Assembly (NCBI RefSeq): GCF_036971445.1
Contig: NC_091475.1
Coordinates: 193,378,001 to 193,442,000, forward strand
Reading direction: 5' to 3'
Origin: Narcine bancroftii
Lineage: Eukaryota
Length of the DNA stretch: 64,000 nt
Part shown: in pieces, positions 50,037 through 62,600 of the stretch
How positions within the stretch are numbered: the first letter of the stretch is position 1
How the letters are laid out: the number at the start of each line of letters is the position of its first letter
Translations under genes and position numbers: made by a program
Notes under the pieces: model-generated
What the model was told of the DNA's origin: nothing
Databases searched by the model: none
The model's input: only the letters and a program-made list of their open reading frames with translations

Positions 50037-51390
50037 GGAGTAACACTGCGGGAAACAGGAGTTCCACGGCAGGTTTTCAGGATCTCACTGGACCACTACA
50101 AGAGCAGATTTGTAGTTTACATCAGTTGAAAAAACACAAACTAAACCATCAGACCAAGCAGGGTTCAAGGGGCAGAAGTGCAGTGCTGGGAGGTATGTTC
50201 ATCTTGTATTTCTTGCAACCTGTGAGGCTGTATGGATTTCCTCATGAGGATTGCAAAAAAAAAAAATCGATCATTTCGTGGTATGGGGGAAAAAGATAAA
50301 AGATTGCCTGATGGAGAAATATGGATTAATTCTTAAGGTTTGATCAGTAAAACCAGAAAATGAAATGTGCTATGAAATTTCTAGCACAACGGTAAACAAT
50401 ATTAATTAATTGATTTGCTGAATATTTTACTGGTTGAGTCCTATTTTTGAACCTTGTTAGGACATCAAAAGATAATACTATTTTGTTGAATAATTGCACA
50501 CAAAATGTTTGAGAGCAGAAGTTTTCAAACTTTTCTGTATTATATAACCTATTAGAGATTTGCCTATTTACTCTTGCCTGAACACATCATATATTTGAAC
50601 ATATTAAATCCCTTTATTTATAACATTGAGAAATAATCCTTAAAAATTGCAGCAGGTGTTTCTGCTTCATGTAATGAAAACATTGAAGTACGCGGAAGAT
50701 TTATCATCTAAAATAAATACTTCCTAACCTTACTTGCTATTTTCTCAATTAGTTTTGAAGCAGCCACTCAATCACCTGTCAATCATGTTTGAAAGCACAA
50801 ACCACAATGAGAAGAACTGCAGTTACAATAAAACTAATTACAATTGTCAACTTTTGTTATCTTAAAAGGTGAATAGTGAATTTCAGCAACAATGTGATAT
50901 GATATAATAATTATAGTAAAATTTGCACTTAGTTTAAATGTGTGCCTCCTTTTGTCTTAAGTCCCTTTCACACTTGCCGATGATCCCAGGAATGAAACGC
51001 CAATCAGCCTTTAAAGTGGCAGGTGTGAAAGGAACATCTGCTCAACGCTGGCGTCAGATGATATCATCTCTTTCTGGGAATTGCCGGCCTCGACCCCTAG
51101 TACAATTCCCAGCGCCGGTGTTGAGATCAGGCAAATGTGAAATGGGAAATTGCATTATGGGATAGAAATGACATCACTTTTTGCATGATCATGTTAGGGT
51201 CTGGTTGGAAGTGAGCTGCAGACATACTGGAGTGAAGGTAATCCAGACACTCCTCTTCCATCTCTCCTCTGAAGTTAGCAGGCACATTGCCTGGGCTTGT
51301 TAGGTGCTGTGATTCACAAAATCAGAGTTTATTTGGGTTAACTTTAAAGAAGTTGAAATCAGTGAAAAGGGTTAAAATAGAGCAAAAATA

Positions 51391-52720
51391 ATGGCTTCTG
51401 CAAACTGGGGAGATAGGGCGGTGCATCAGCTTCTAACAGTAAGGTTGGAGGATGCATCAGGGTATAAGTTAATGGCCACAATTAAGGATGACTGATTTTA
51501 TGAGGGAATTTCAGCAAAGCTCAGGGCACTGGGGTATAAAAGGGACAAGAGACAGGTTATCAAAAAATTAAAAACACTCAAGAGGAGGCTGCACCAGACC
51601 TTTGACCATAATTGGAGGAGTGGCGCAGACCGTTAGGACTGGCCTTATTTTAATCTTGTTTATGACATCCACTCGCTCTTGTGGGCAACCTTCAGGCTAG
51701 AGGGGGGGGGGGGGCTGATGAGCGATGCCCTCAACACTATATGCAACCTGATTTGAAGGAGGAGGAGGATGTGCACAAACGGTATCTCCAACAGACCCAA
51801 CCACCACCCCTGGTCCCTCATCTGCTCCTGGTGCCCTCCACTCCCCCAGTGCCTCAACCTCTACTGCTACCTCATCTCCTGTCACAACCTTGGCTGATCA
51901 GCAGATTGCAACTGAACCAACGACAACTGGCGATTATACAGGGATAACACCTCCTGCTGCACTGGGAGCTGGTAAGACTCATAATTCATCTGCTCAAACA
52001 AAAATCTTGTTTGAATAAAAGCTGAGGGCATGGCATTTAATTCACATACTTGTCTCACCGATATGTTGGGGCGAGAAAGAGGCTGAGACGTAAAAAGCCC
52101 ATGAAGTGACAAATGATATGCGTGAGTTCATAGCCAAAATGGACCAGATGGACCATGAAAGAGAATGAGATAGAAGGGAGCAGCAGGCTGAGATATTGCA
52201 GAGGCTGATGCAGGAGCAACGGATGGCACTGAAACAGGCGCGCCAGGCTGCAAATGAAGGATTGGCGTGCCTGATAATGAAGGTTCAACAGGAGATGAAG
52301 GCACAGACAGCAGTTATAAGCAGACTGGCCTCATCAATCGAAGTGATTGGGCGAGTCCAACCTTGGCCCTCCACCATTCAGTCTCCTTCCACCCTTGGCA
52401 GGTCTCTTGCAAGTCCCTTCCTACCAGCCTTCCCATCATTCCAACCAATGATACCCCTCCTCCCATGCACCACCATCAGCCCTCCCCATTCCATTCTCCT
52501 CCCTCTTGCTGACCTGCACAGCATTCCCCTTTCCCATGGCTGTCTTCTCCCTCCAGTGGTGCACCCAGCCTACATCCCAACCCTTATCAACCCCCCCCCC
52601 CACCCATGGGACACACTTGACAACTATAGGTGCTGAAGGTTCAGCTGATCAAGCCACTATTGGCCATTATCTCGGCTCCTACATTCACCTGCTGGAGGAT
52701 GAGGATGAGAATGTTGAATG
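51391..52720 (+). pseudogene. Harbinger Myb/SANT-like (trihelix) DNA-binding protein, disrupted
   Basis: MASANWGDRAVHQLLTVR...FYEGISAKLRALGYKRDKRQVIKKLKTLKRR...DWPYF, with stops and frameshifts. Coiled-coil and Pro-rich tail (ORF 52196-52636). Confidence 0.75.
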
Positions 52721-53019
52721 ATCAGTTTACTTCTTTTGTTCTTCACCAAAGTTGTAAAGTTTACAATTCTGTAGTATGTTGAAGTCAAGTTGAAGGTCAA
52801 TATGAATGAAAAGTTGATAAATATGTGTTTTAAAGATGTTAATGTTTCATTCAAAGTTTTTCACTGCCTTTATTGACATTTATTGTCCATGTTTACACTA
52901 ATGTTGCACATAATGTTGCAATAGTTATTATATAGTAGTTATTTTAAAATTCAAATTTACCAGTTGCACTATGTTCAAGGACAAGCAATAAAGTTTTATA
53001 AACCTCTATAGGATTATAC

Positions 53020-54740
53020 TCAATCATTATCCTCATTTCCACATAAGTCTGTTATTATAGCCTCACATATGGCCTGCGGATCATGGCCCGTGGCACCAGT
53101 GTAAGGGACGCTTTCTGGAGGAGGGAGATCGGAGACTTCAGCCCTCCACTCTTTTAGGAAGTCCTCCTTGTTAAGCTCATAGATATTATGTAAGACACAG
53201 CAGGCAACAGCTACATCTGACACAAAGGGGGTATTAATATCTCTTTGTTTGGAGAGGCACCTCCAGTGACCTTTGAGACGACCAAATGCATTCTCCACAA
53301 CCATTCTAGCGGAGCTTAGTCTGAAGTTGAATATGCCCTTACGGTGATCAATGACCGTGAACCCCTAAATCAGCCATTTTTGCAGTAGGCCGGATCCCCG
53401 ATCAAATGCACAGGTATTTCTACACCATTCACATTTCCGAAGACCTGTGATACAATCAAAAAGAGTGTGTGGGTGAGAAGGAGCAGAGGGGAACAGTGGC
53501 GAAGCTGAGGTTTATCACACACTTCACAGGGTCACATTCACTTGTTAAGGCATCATAATTCACTGTCAGAAATCACTTACGTCACTGGGGAATAGCTGAC
53601 CACATGCATCTTCAGGAATTACGTAAATGGGAAAGTTGAGAAGAATCCTGGGTGCAACCTAGCCAGCCCAAATCGACATCTATGAAGCTGCAAATACAGA
53701 GGGTGACAGCTCAAGTGAGGATAAATGCTAATAGTGGAAAGATCAACCTTACTAGCAGTTGTGGTCAACAACAGCTTGCAGAACGATAAGAGTGCCATCC
53801 TTTTCAATTGTGGTAGGATGCTAGATCTTCCTGTGGGGCAATGATGGGAATATTTGTGCCATCTATGGCTTTAGCCTACATTGGATAACCACCCCTTCTT
53901 TCAAATGCCTCCATAGTCTTCAGTCGGCAACCCTATGAAACGTGGCATGAGTTATTTTTTCACTGCTGCTGTTAGCTGCCTCACCACCATCAATATGGTG
54001 GAGATACCAACATGAAAAAGCACACTGAAGGAATGATACTCTCCAGGAGTGGCATACCACCACAATGCTAGTGCAGGTCTGACCGGAGGTGTGGTGACAT
54101 GTAATTACACCACTAGGTCACCAGGGGCCATCCCAGTGACCTTGTCTATAAAGCAGTCCAAAGCTACAGTCTAGCCTTCCAGGTTCGTCTTGCACAGAGA
54201 CAAGACCTCTGAGTGTACCTATTAGTTTATTAAAGCTGTCTTATTCTTGCACTGCTGGTGTGGTTATTGTCAGTACAGGAGGTTCCAGAGGTCTTTGGCA
54301 TTTTGTGTTCTTATGCCTCAGATGGGGCCAAGTATCTCAACAATGAAATCAAATGTGGCACGAGACATTCGTATATTCTCATGCCGCTGGGGATCATCGT
54401 ATTTTTCAAAACCTTGATCCAAGAAGACAGGTCCCTGAAGTCACTCCCTCTTCCACATCCTTCTACTATTATGCATCCGTTCAAGATACTTCATTAAAAT
54501 CAAGTTTTCTACGGCTGACTCTCAGCTCAGTCAATCCCTCCTCCTCAAACACTTGACAGGTTATATGCAAGATATCATTGAAATTATTCCACATGAGATC
54601 AGAAGTTCCCTGGTCTGTAAGATCAGTCTCTCTTTGCACCAATTTGCAGATTAGGAGGGTGATAAGACCTGCTTGTGTGGCAATGGATTCAACTATCTTC
54701 TGGACATCCAAGGTGATCTGTCTGAGGTCGGCCATTGTAT
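53020..54740 (-). pseudogene. Harbinger (HARBI1-like, DDE_Tnp_4) transposase, disrupted
   Basis: [74 protein letters not shown]. Probable intron 53445-53580. Confidence 0.85.
54090..54277 (+). mobile_element. Short solo LTR, family B, inserted in the transposase
   Basis: TGTGGTGAC...GTCAGTACA, TSD GGAGG (54085-54089 / 54278-54282), internal TATAAA and ATTAAA. Confidence 0.85.
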
Positions 54741-55837
54741 AGAATGAGATAACATCACTTCCCTCTTTTGCGTGCGGTGTCATCCAGGCAATTCCGATGA
54801 AAGGTAGAACAGACCAAACACCAAGGATAATCCCTTGCAAGTGTGAAAGTGTTCAGTATCTTGGTTAGGAGTGATTTAGTGTGAAAGACCAAACCCCCAT
54901 TCGTATCCCAGGACACTGAATGGCCGATTTACTGGGACTCAAGTGTGAAAGGGGCTTTACTTAAACAATGCCCTAATACCAATAGCTGAATTATTTTACT
55001 TTCTTGAAGAGTTACTTGGAATATTCTGGTTGTAATTGCAGAAGTAGCTTGAATGGAAGATCCAGAAACAGAAGTAGGACTAGGCCCATTCACCTGCTTG
55101 AGCCTGCACAGCCATTCATTAAGATAATCTTTTACTTTTTTTTGTATCACTTTCCTGTGTTAAGCCCACATTTATTGATTCTGCATACCCCATTTTACAA
55201 ATACTCGCTTTATGAAAATTTGCTCTTACAAAGAAAACTGTTCACTTTTACGAAAGAATTTGAATGGATTTTGCTTTTACGAAAATAGCCTTCAATAGTA
55301 ACGAATGGGTCTTCACTTTACATGGTTTTGGCTTACGAAAGGTTTTATAGGAATGCTCTAATTTCATAAAGCGAGGTACACCTGTATTCCAAAATCTATA
55401 ATCTTGCATATATTCAGCATCTGAGCCTCCACATCCTAGGTCAGCGAATCCTAAGCTTTACTACATTTTTTGTGAAGTGACATCTCAGTTGTTTATGATG
55501 AGACCATGACCCCTGGATCCAAACAATCCCTCACTGCCTTTCACTTTCCATGGATGCTGCATGACCTGCTGAGTTTCTCCTGCACCTTTGTGTATTACAT
55601 TAGATCCCAGCATCTTGTTTATCTCCAGACAACCCCAGCCATTGTTCTTGCATGTAACCAACCAAGAGCGTTAAAATTTCTTTTATGAGCTTGCATCTCA
55701 GTCTTCTGAATTTTAAAATATAGACCCAGTCTGCTTGATCGCTTCTTGTTGGATAATCATCTTCTCCTCCCATTCAAGTATCAGTCTGTAAACTTCAAGT
55801 TTCAACTTCCTTGGGTTGGGACACAGAACCCTGTATA

Positions 55838-56503
55838 CATAACATAACATAACAATTACAGCACGGAAACAGGCCATTAGGCCCTTCTAGTCTGCACCGA
55901 ACCAAACACCCCTTTCTAGTCCCACCTCCCTGCACAATGCCCATAACCTTCCATCTTCTTCTCATCCATATACCTGTCCAACCTTTTCTTAAATAATACA
56001 ATTGACTCCGCCGCCACTATTTCTCCCGGAAGATGATTCCACACAGCTACCACTCTCTGAGTAAAGAAGTTCCCCCTCATGTTACCTCTAAACCTCTGCC
56101 CCTTAATTCTTAACTCATGTCCTCTTGTTTTAAACTTTCCTCCTCTTAACGGAAATAGTCTATCCACATCCATTCTGTCTATCCCTTTCATAATCTTAAA
56201 TACTTCTATCAAATCCCCTCTCAACCTTCTACGCTCCAAAGAATAAAGACCCAATCTGTCCAATCTCTCCCCATACTCCAGATGCTTAAACCCAGGCAAC
56301 ATTCTGGTAAACCTTCTCTGCACTCTCTCCACTCTGTTTATATCCTTCCTATAATTAGGCGACCAGAACTGCACACAGAACTCCAAATTAGGCCGCACCA
56401 ACGTCTTATACAATCTCAACATCACCTCCCAACTCCTATATTCCATGCAATGATTGATAAAGGCCAGCATACTAAAAGCCTTCTTCACCACCCTATTCAC
56501 GTG
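55838..56503 (-). mobile_element. Young CR1 LINE 3' fragment with open frame
   Basis: 200-aa ORF 55916-56518 (LYKTLVRPNLEFCVQFWSP...RGNFFTQRVV) and (ATGTT)n tail. Confidence 0.9.
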
Positions 56504-58039
56504 AGTATCACAGAACACTGAATAGTTTCAGATAGTTTACTCTTGTATCTAAATCCCCTTGTAATAAATGTTAAGATTGACCAGAAATATTAATTCTGTT
56601 CCTTTTCCCACAGTACTACCTGACCTGGTGAATATTTCTCACGTTTTCTGTTTTTACTTTTGATGTCAATACCTTGTCCTGTCATCCACAATACTGGTAT
56701 AGACCTCAAACAACTGAAACCTCTGCAATAATCCTTGCAAGACCTCAGAAGTCATTACTTCCAAATAGAAAATCATGCTTATAGCGACTCTCTTTTTTGT
56801 CTATGATAAAATAGAAAGAGATTTAGGAGAAGTCTCATGGGATGTAATTTGTTCTCCAGTTTAGTGTTTGCTCCACGTTGTCCCATTGTTTGATTATAGG
56901 AACGCTTGATTTGTATTTCCACACAACAAAAACTGTGAAGTAAATGTAAACATTTTAGTACTTTATCATTACTGAGGATAAAAACATATGAAAGATTACA
57001 CAACTAAAGCGATGATAAAGCAAAGAAAATAGAAGAGGTGTAAATCCATGCTCATTGAAATTGAATTGTTATTTTTCTAGTATACTTTAATTTTGGGTAT
57101 TTTTTGCTAATGCAGTTGGGAAGCACTTTGAGATGTCTTACTATCTAGGGGTGGCACACTTAAGCCCACTGCCTTATAAGGACCAGGTACAAACATGACC
57201 TGGAGTTCTTTCCGAATGGAATTTGCACCTTGTGACTGGGTGCTCCAGAAATGGGAGTTGGTAGGCTAAATTTAGACATGTGGCTCAGTAACAGGCTCAC
57301 CCATGCAACGTACAAACTCTCACAGTACTGGATTCAAATCCATGTCGCTGGCACTGTAACAGCATTGCGCTAACCACTACGCAAACTGTTTGCTGTTGCC
57401 AATTGCTCTTATCTGTAGATTAGTGATTTGGGGGAGTCAAAGAGAATATGGGCAGAATATAAAATGAAATTAATGACGGATTAGTGCAAGTAGGTGCTTG
57501 ATGGTAGACCTGTGTTTGGTGGACCGATTGGCCTATTTCTGTGCTGTATCAGCAACTCCATGTGAGTAAGTCTTTATGATTCTATTACAGCAGTAAAAAC
57601 GGCGAGTGAAGGAGATTTGAAGCAGATTGGGCAAACTCCACAGAGAGAGAGAAAAGCAGAATGGTCTTGTCCACCAAGGGTTGCGGCTTTGTTCCTCGCT
57701 GGGGCCTCATTTCTGTGAGGGGCGCTGGACAAAGTGGTGATTCGAAGGCAGACAAAGTTAAAGAATTGCATAGTATCACATGATATTAATGTAAGTTTTA
57801 CCTTCCTTTACGACGTTATCAGGACCTATAAACTCAAGAAATTGAAATATGCACCCTTTCTCTTTCCACAATGTCTCCCTAATCTGCATCTTCCCTCAGC
57901 AATGCAGTATTTTGCTTTTGCATTTCCATATCATGAGCCAGCCAAGTGTATGTCTTTAAATCCATCATCTACCTGGGGAGATGACGATCCCCGTCATAAA
58001 AGAGTTTGATGCTCTGGGCCAATTTCATTGATCAATTCC

Positions 58040-58720
58040 AAGTCAGGGCCTGCTTGGCGAGGAAGCGGAGCGAGCGCGAGGAATCACGGGAAGACGGGCT
58101 TGGCGAAGGGGGTGGACTACAATTCCCAGCAGCCTCGGCGCCAGGTTGGCGCAACCGCCCCGGAGGGTTGACGCTGCTGCAGCCGCGGCGGCGCGTGAAT
58201 GTTTATCTCGAGGAGGGAGCGGGGACGGACGGACGGTCGCCACGAGGAGCGAAGGGGCCAGGGTAAGGGGGTTGATGGCATTCACGGTGCCGGGGAGGGG
58301 GGGTCCACGCCCGGCCGCCGAGTTTGAGGCCGGCTGACCCGCTCGAGGCGCCCCCTCAGCACGGGGCTGGCACGAGGCCTCCCCGGGGTGGTGGGTGGTG
58401 GGTGGTGGGTGGTCATCAAACCGGACGCCGCAGCAGAAATGGTGCAGTCAGCGGCTGCAGGTCGTGGTGGGGAGCGGATCGTGTCCGGCAGTTCCTGCTC
58501 GTTCATCCGCTGCACTGTTTCCTATTGCCTGCGCCTTGAAGCCAGTGGCATCAACAGAACCCGAATCGTTGCACTTCCTGCAGCTCCATCGATGAGGGTT
58601 TGCTCCCAAGTCGATTAGTTCTATTTATTAAGACCACAATGACTTGTTTTCAGCCCCGGCATCCGGTGGAGGCGGGAAGGGCTCGATGGGCAGGCGCTCA
58701 GCGGGGTGGTGATTGTTTTA
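58040..58720 (+). promoter_or_regulatory. CpG-island promoter and probable non-coding first exon (ending 58262) of an unidentified gene
   Basis: CpG-rich. Canonical ZNF143/Staf motif GACTACAATTCCCAGCAGCC at 58115-58134 and donor AGG|GTAAGG (GT at 58263-58264). Confidence 0.7.
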
Positions 58721-58727
58721 GGCTCCT

Positions 58728-60695
58728 GCTGTTTGGAGAAGATCCAGGGATTCCATGAATCCTTGAGGGTGCTGATGCTCAAAGGTGTTTGGAGAAGATC
58801 CAGGGATTCCATGAATCCTTGAGGGTGCTGATGCTCAAAGGTGTTTGGAGAAGATCCAGGGATTCCATGAATCCTTGAGGGTGCTGATGCTCAAAGGTGT
58901 TTGGAGAAGATCCAGGGATTCCATGAATCCTTGAGGGTGCTGATGCTCAAAGCTGTTTGGAGAAGATCCAGGGATTCCATGAATCCTTGAGAGAGCTGAT
59001 GCTCAAAGGTGTTTGGAGAAGATCCAGGGATTCCATGAATCCTTGAGGGTGCTGATGCTCAAAGGTGTTTGGAGAAGATCCAGGGATTCCATGAATCCTT
59101 GAGGGTGCTGATGCTCAAAGCTGTTTGGAGAAGATCCAGGGATTCCATGAATCCTCGAGGGTGTTGATGCTCAAAGCTGTTTGGAGAAGATCCATGGATT
59201 CCATGAATCCTCGAGGGTGTTGATGCTCAAAGCTGTTTGGAGAAGATCCAGGGATTCCATGAATCCTTGAGGGTGCTGATGCTCAAAGCTGTTTGGAGAA
59301 GATCCAGGGATTCCATGAATCCTTGAGGGTGCTGATGCTCAAAGCTGTTTGGAGAAGATCCAGGGATTCCATGAATCCTTGAGGGTGCTGATGCTCAAAG
59401 GTGTTTGGAGAAGATCCAGGGATTCCATGAATCCTTGAGGGTGCTGATGCTCAAAGGTGTTTGGAGAAGATCCAGGGATTCCATGAATCCTTGAGGGTGC
59501 TGATGCTCAAAGCTGTTTGGAGAAGATCCAGGGATTCCATGAATCCTTGAGGGTGCTGATGCTCAAAGGTGTTTGGAGAAGATCCAGGGATTCCATGAAT
59601 CCTTGAGGGTGCTGATGCTCAAAGGTGTTTGGAGAAGATCCAGGGATTCCATGAATCCTTGAGGGTGCTGATGCTCAAAGCTGTTTGGAGAAGATCCAGG
59701 GATTCCATGAATCCTCGAGGGTGTTGATGCTCAAAGCTGTTTGGAGAAGATCCATGGATTCCATGAATCCTCGAGGGTGTTGATGCTCAAAGCTGTTTGG
59801 AGAAGATCCATGGATTCCATGAATCCTTGAGGGTGTTGATGCTCAAAGCTGTTTTGAGAAGATCCAGGGATTCCATGAATCCTTGAGGGTGCTGATGCTC
59901 AAAGCTGTTTGGAGAAGATCCAGGGATTCCATGAATCCTTGAGGGAGCTGATGCTCAAAGGTGTTTGGAGAAGATCCAGGGATTCCATGAATCCTTGAGG
60001 GTGCTGATGCTCAAAGGTGTTTGGAGAAGATCCAGGGATTCCATGAAACCTTGAGGGTGCTGATGCTCAAAGGTGTTTGGAGAAGATCGAGGGATTCCAT
60101 GAAACCTTGAGGGTGTTGATACTCAAAGTTGTTTGGAGAAGATCCAGGGATTCCATGAATCCTTGAGGGTGTTGATGCTCAAAGCTGTTTGGAGAAGATC
60201 CAGGGATTCCATGAATCCTCGAGGGTGTTGATGCTCAAAGCTGTTTGGAGAAGATCCATGGATTCCATGAATCCTCGAGGGTGTTGATGCTCAAAGCTGT
60301 TTGGAGAAGATCCAGGGATTCCATGAATCCTCGAGGGTGCTGATGCTCAAAGCTGTTTGGAGAAGATGCAGGGATTCCATGAATCCTTGAGGGTGTTAAT
60401 GCTCAAAGCTGTTTGGAGAAGATCCATGGATTCCATGAATCCTTGAGGGTGTTGATGCTCAAAGCTGTTTTGAGAAGATCCAGGGATTCCATGAATCCTC
60501 GAGGGTGCTGATGCTCAAAGCTGTTTGGAGAAGATGCAGGGATTCCATGAATCCTTGAGGGTGTTAATGCTCAAAGCTGTTTGGAGAAGATCCAAGGATT
60601 CCATGAATCCTTGAGGATGTTAATGCTCAAAGATGTTTTGAGAAGATCCAGGGATTCCATGAATCCTTGAGGGTGTTAATGTTTTGAGAAGATCC
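58728..60695. repeat. 56-bp minisatellite, ~35 copies
   Basis: Unit GATCCAGGGATTCCATGAATCCTTGAGGGTGCTGATGCTCAAAG(G/C)TGTTTGGAGAA; period 56 (58741->58797); no spacers. Confidence 0.97.
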
Positions 60696-61389
60696 TTGTA
60701 CTGCTTCCTCTGTGCATCTGGTAATCTCTTGACCTAACAGTGCTTAGTGTAAAGTGTGTTTCGGGAGTCTATTTTGAGGCATCTGAATGATGTGGCCTCT
60801 ACATCAACATCTATTAATGTATAATTAGAGTTTCAATGATAGGGATATTAGCTAAATAAAACATTGATCCATTCAGTGTGCCAATTGATTTGGAAGATTT
60901 TGAAGAGACAGTTGGTGCTGACAGTCGGAATAGCCTTATTGATTGGTTTTGATTCTTTCATGAGATTTGTGTTTGAGAATTGTCTTTTACTCTTGGAGGT
61001 GATTCCCTTTGTCTTATTTTTGGTCTTGATTGTTAAACATCCATGAAAAAAAAACTCCAGTTACTGGAAATCTAAAATAGAAACAGAAAATGCAAAGAAA
61101 AAATGTCCTCATAACTAATGTGTTGATGTCCTAGTCCTGAGAAGGCATTTTGCAAATTATTTTCTGAATGAGAAGATAACAATCATGATGCTTAGTGTCT
61201 GGGTCATGAAATTTATTGGCATTTTGAATGTGACTTTATAGCAACTTCCCAGAAAATTTAACTGCAAATGCGACGATGGAGAAGAGAAGAAAGTTAATGT
61301 CTCTGGCCAATGGCTTTGTCTCAGAACTGTGTTATTGTAGTTATTCCTCTTGTCCATGGTGATGAGAATCTGGTACAGGAAATGCTAGA

Positions 61390-62600
61390 TCAGATTTATT
61401 GTCAGAGTACAATTTTCTGAAGGTGAGGTAGAATTATTGGTAGTGCAAAAAAAACTATACACAGCATATACAAGTAAACAAATTGTGCAGAACAGAGAAA
61501 ATAAAAAAAAAGTGCACAATTAAGAGTCCTTAAATGAGTCCTAGATTGAGTTTGTGGTTGATGGTGGAGGGGTAGCAGCTGTTCCTGAACCTGGTGGTGT
61601 GAGTCTTTTCCGATAACAGCAGTGAGAACAGAGCATGTGCTGGATGCTTGATGATCGCTGCTGCTCACCGACAACGTTGCTTTCTGTAGATGTTCTCGAT
61701 AGTGGGGATGGTTTTGCTTGTGATGTCTTGGGCTGTGTCTACTATCTTTTGGAGGGCTTTACACCTCAGGGGTATTGATGTTCCATGATGCAGCTGGTCA
61801 GCACACTTTCCACCACATGTCTGTAGATGTTTGCCAAGGTTTCCGAGGTCATACCAAACTTCTGCAAATTCCTGAGGAAATAGAGGTGTTCACATCCTTT
61901 TTTCATGATGCTATTAGTGTGTCGGATCCAGGAAAGATCCTCCAAGATAGTGACTTCCTAGAACTTAAAATTGCTCATCCTCTCCACTTCTGGTTTTCCC
62001 CCAATGATTGTTTTCCCCTGGCTTTCCCTTCCTAACTTTTGGTGACATTGAGTGCAAGGTTGTTGTTGGTGCTCCATTCAGCCAAGTTTTCAATCTTCCT
62101 CCTGTATGCTGATTCATCACCTTTCTTTATCCAACCCACTACAGTGGTATCGTTGGCAGATTTGTTGTTGTTGTTCTACAGGTGTCTTCTTTCTTTGGCT
62201 TGGCTTCGCGGACGAAGATTTATGGAGGGGGTAAAAAGTCCACGTCAGCTGCAGACTCGTTTGTGGCTGACCAGTCCGATGCGGGACAGGCAGACACGAT
62301 TGCAGCGGTTGCAAGGGAAAATTGGTTGGTTGGGGTTGGGTGTTGGGTTTTTCCTCCTTTGCCTTTTGTCAGTGAGGTGGGCTCTGCGGTCTTCTTCAAA
62401 GGAGGCTGCTGCCCGCCAAAGCAGCCTCCTTTCTACAGGTGTAAAGAGAGTAGAACAGCGGGTTAAGAATGTAGCCCGATGGTGCTCTAGTATTGATGGA
62501 GGAGATGTTCTTACCAATCCTCACTAATTGAAGTTCACACATCTGTAGAAATTTGCTAGGGTTTCTGCTGTCTGCTGAGGAAGTAGAGGCACTCTATTGT
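61390..62600 (-). mobile_element. Decayed Rex1/Babar-like LINE with a nested RTE fragment
   Basis: Reverse-strand ADTTVVG-like RT and NFYRCV remnants, similar to the Rex copies at 1-4 kb and 47-49 kb. Confidence 0.65.
62186..62430 (-). mobile_element. RTE LINE 3' fragment with 12-bp TSD
   Basis: Near-identical to 15820-16045. TSD TTCTACAGGTGT at 62174-62185 and 62431-62442. Confidence 0.88.

Larger units (their letters stand above)
50960..54956. mobile_element. PIF/Harbinger DNA transposon, full-length, decayed
   Basis: 17-bp TIR AGTCCCTTTCACACTTG / CAAGTGTGAAAGGGGCT, TSD TTA (50957-50959 / 54957-54959), convergent Myb/SANT and DDE transposase remnants. Confidence 0.9.

Noticed and set aside
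53020-53304. Functional host HARBI1 gene
   Set aside because: Lies between TIRs with TSDs, and the upstream part has stops, frameshifts and an LTR insertion.
58728-60695. CRISPR-like array (palindromic repeats at a regular period)
   Set aside because: Units are contiguous with no unique spacers, there are no cas genes, and the context is a vertebrate intron. It is a minisatellite.
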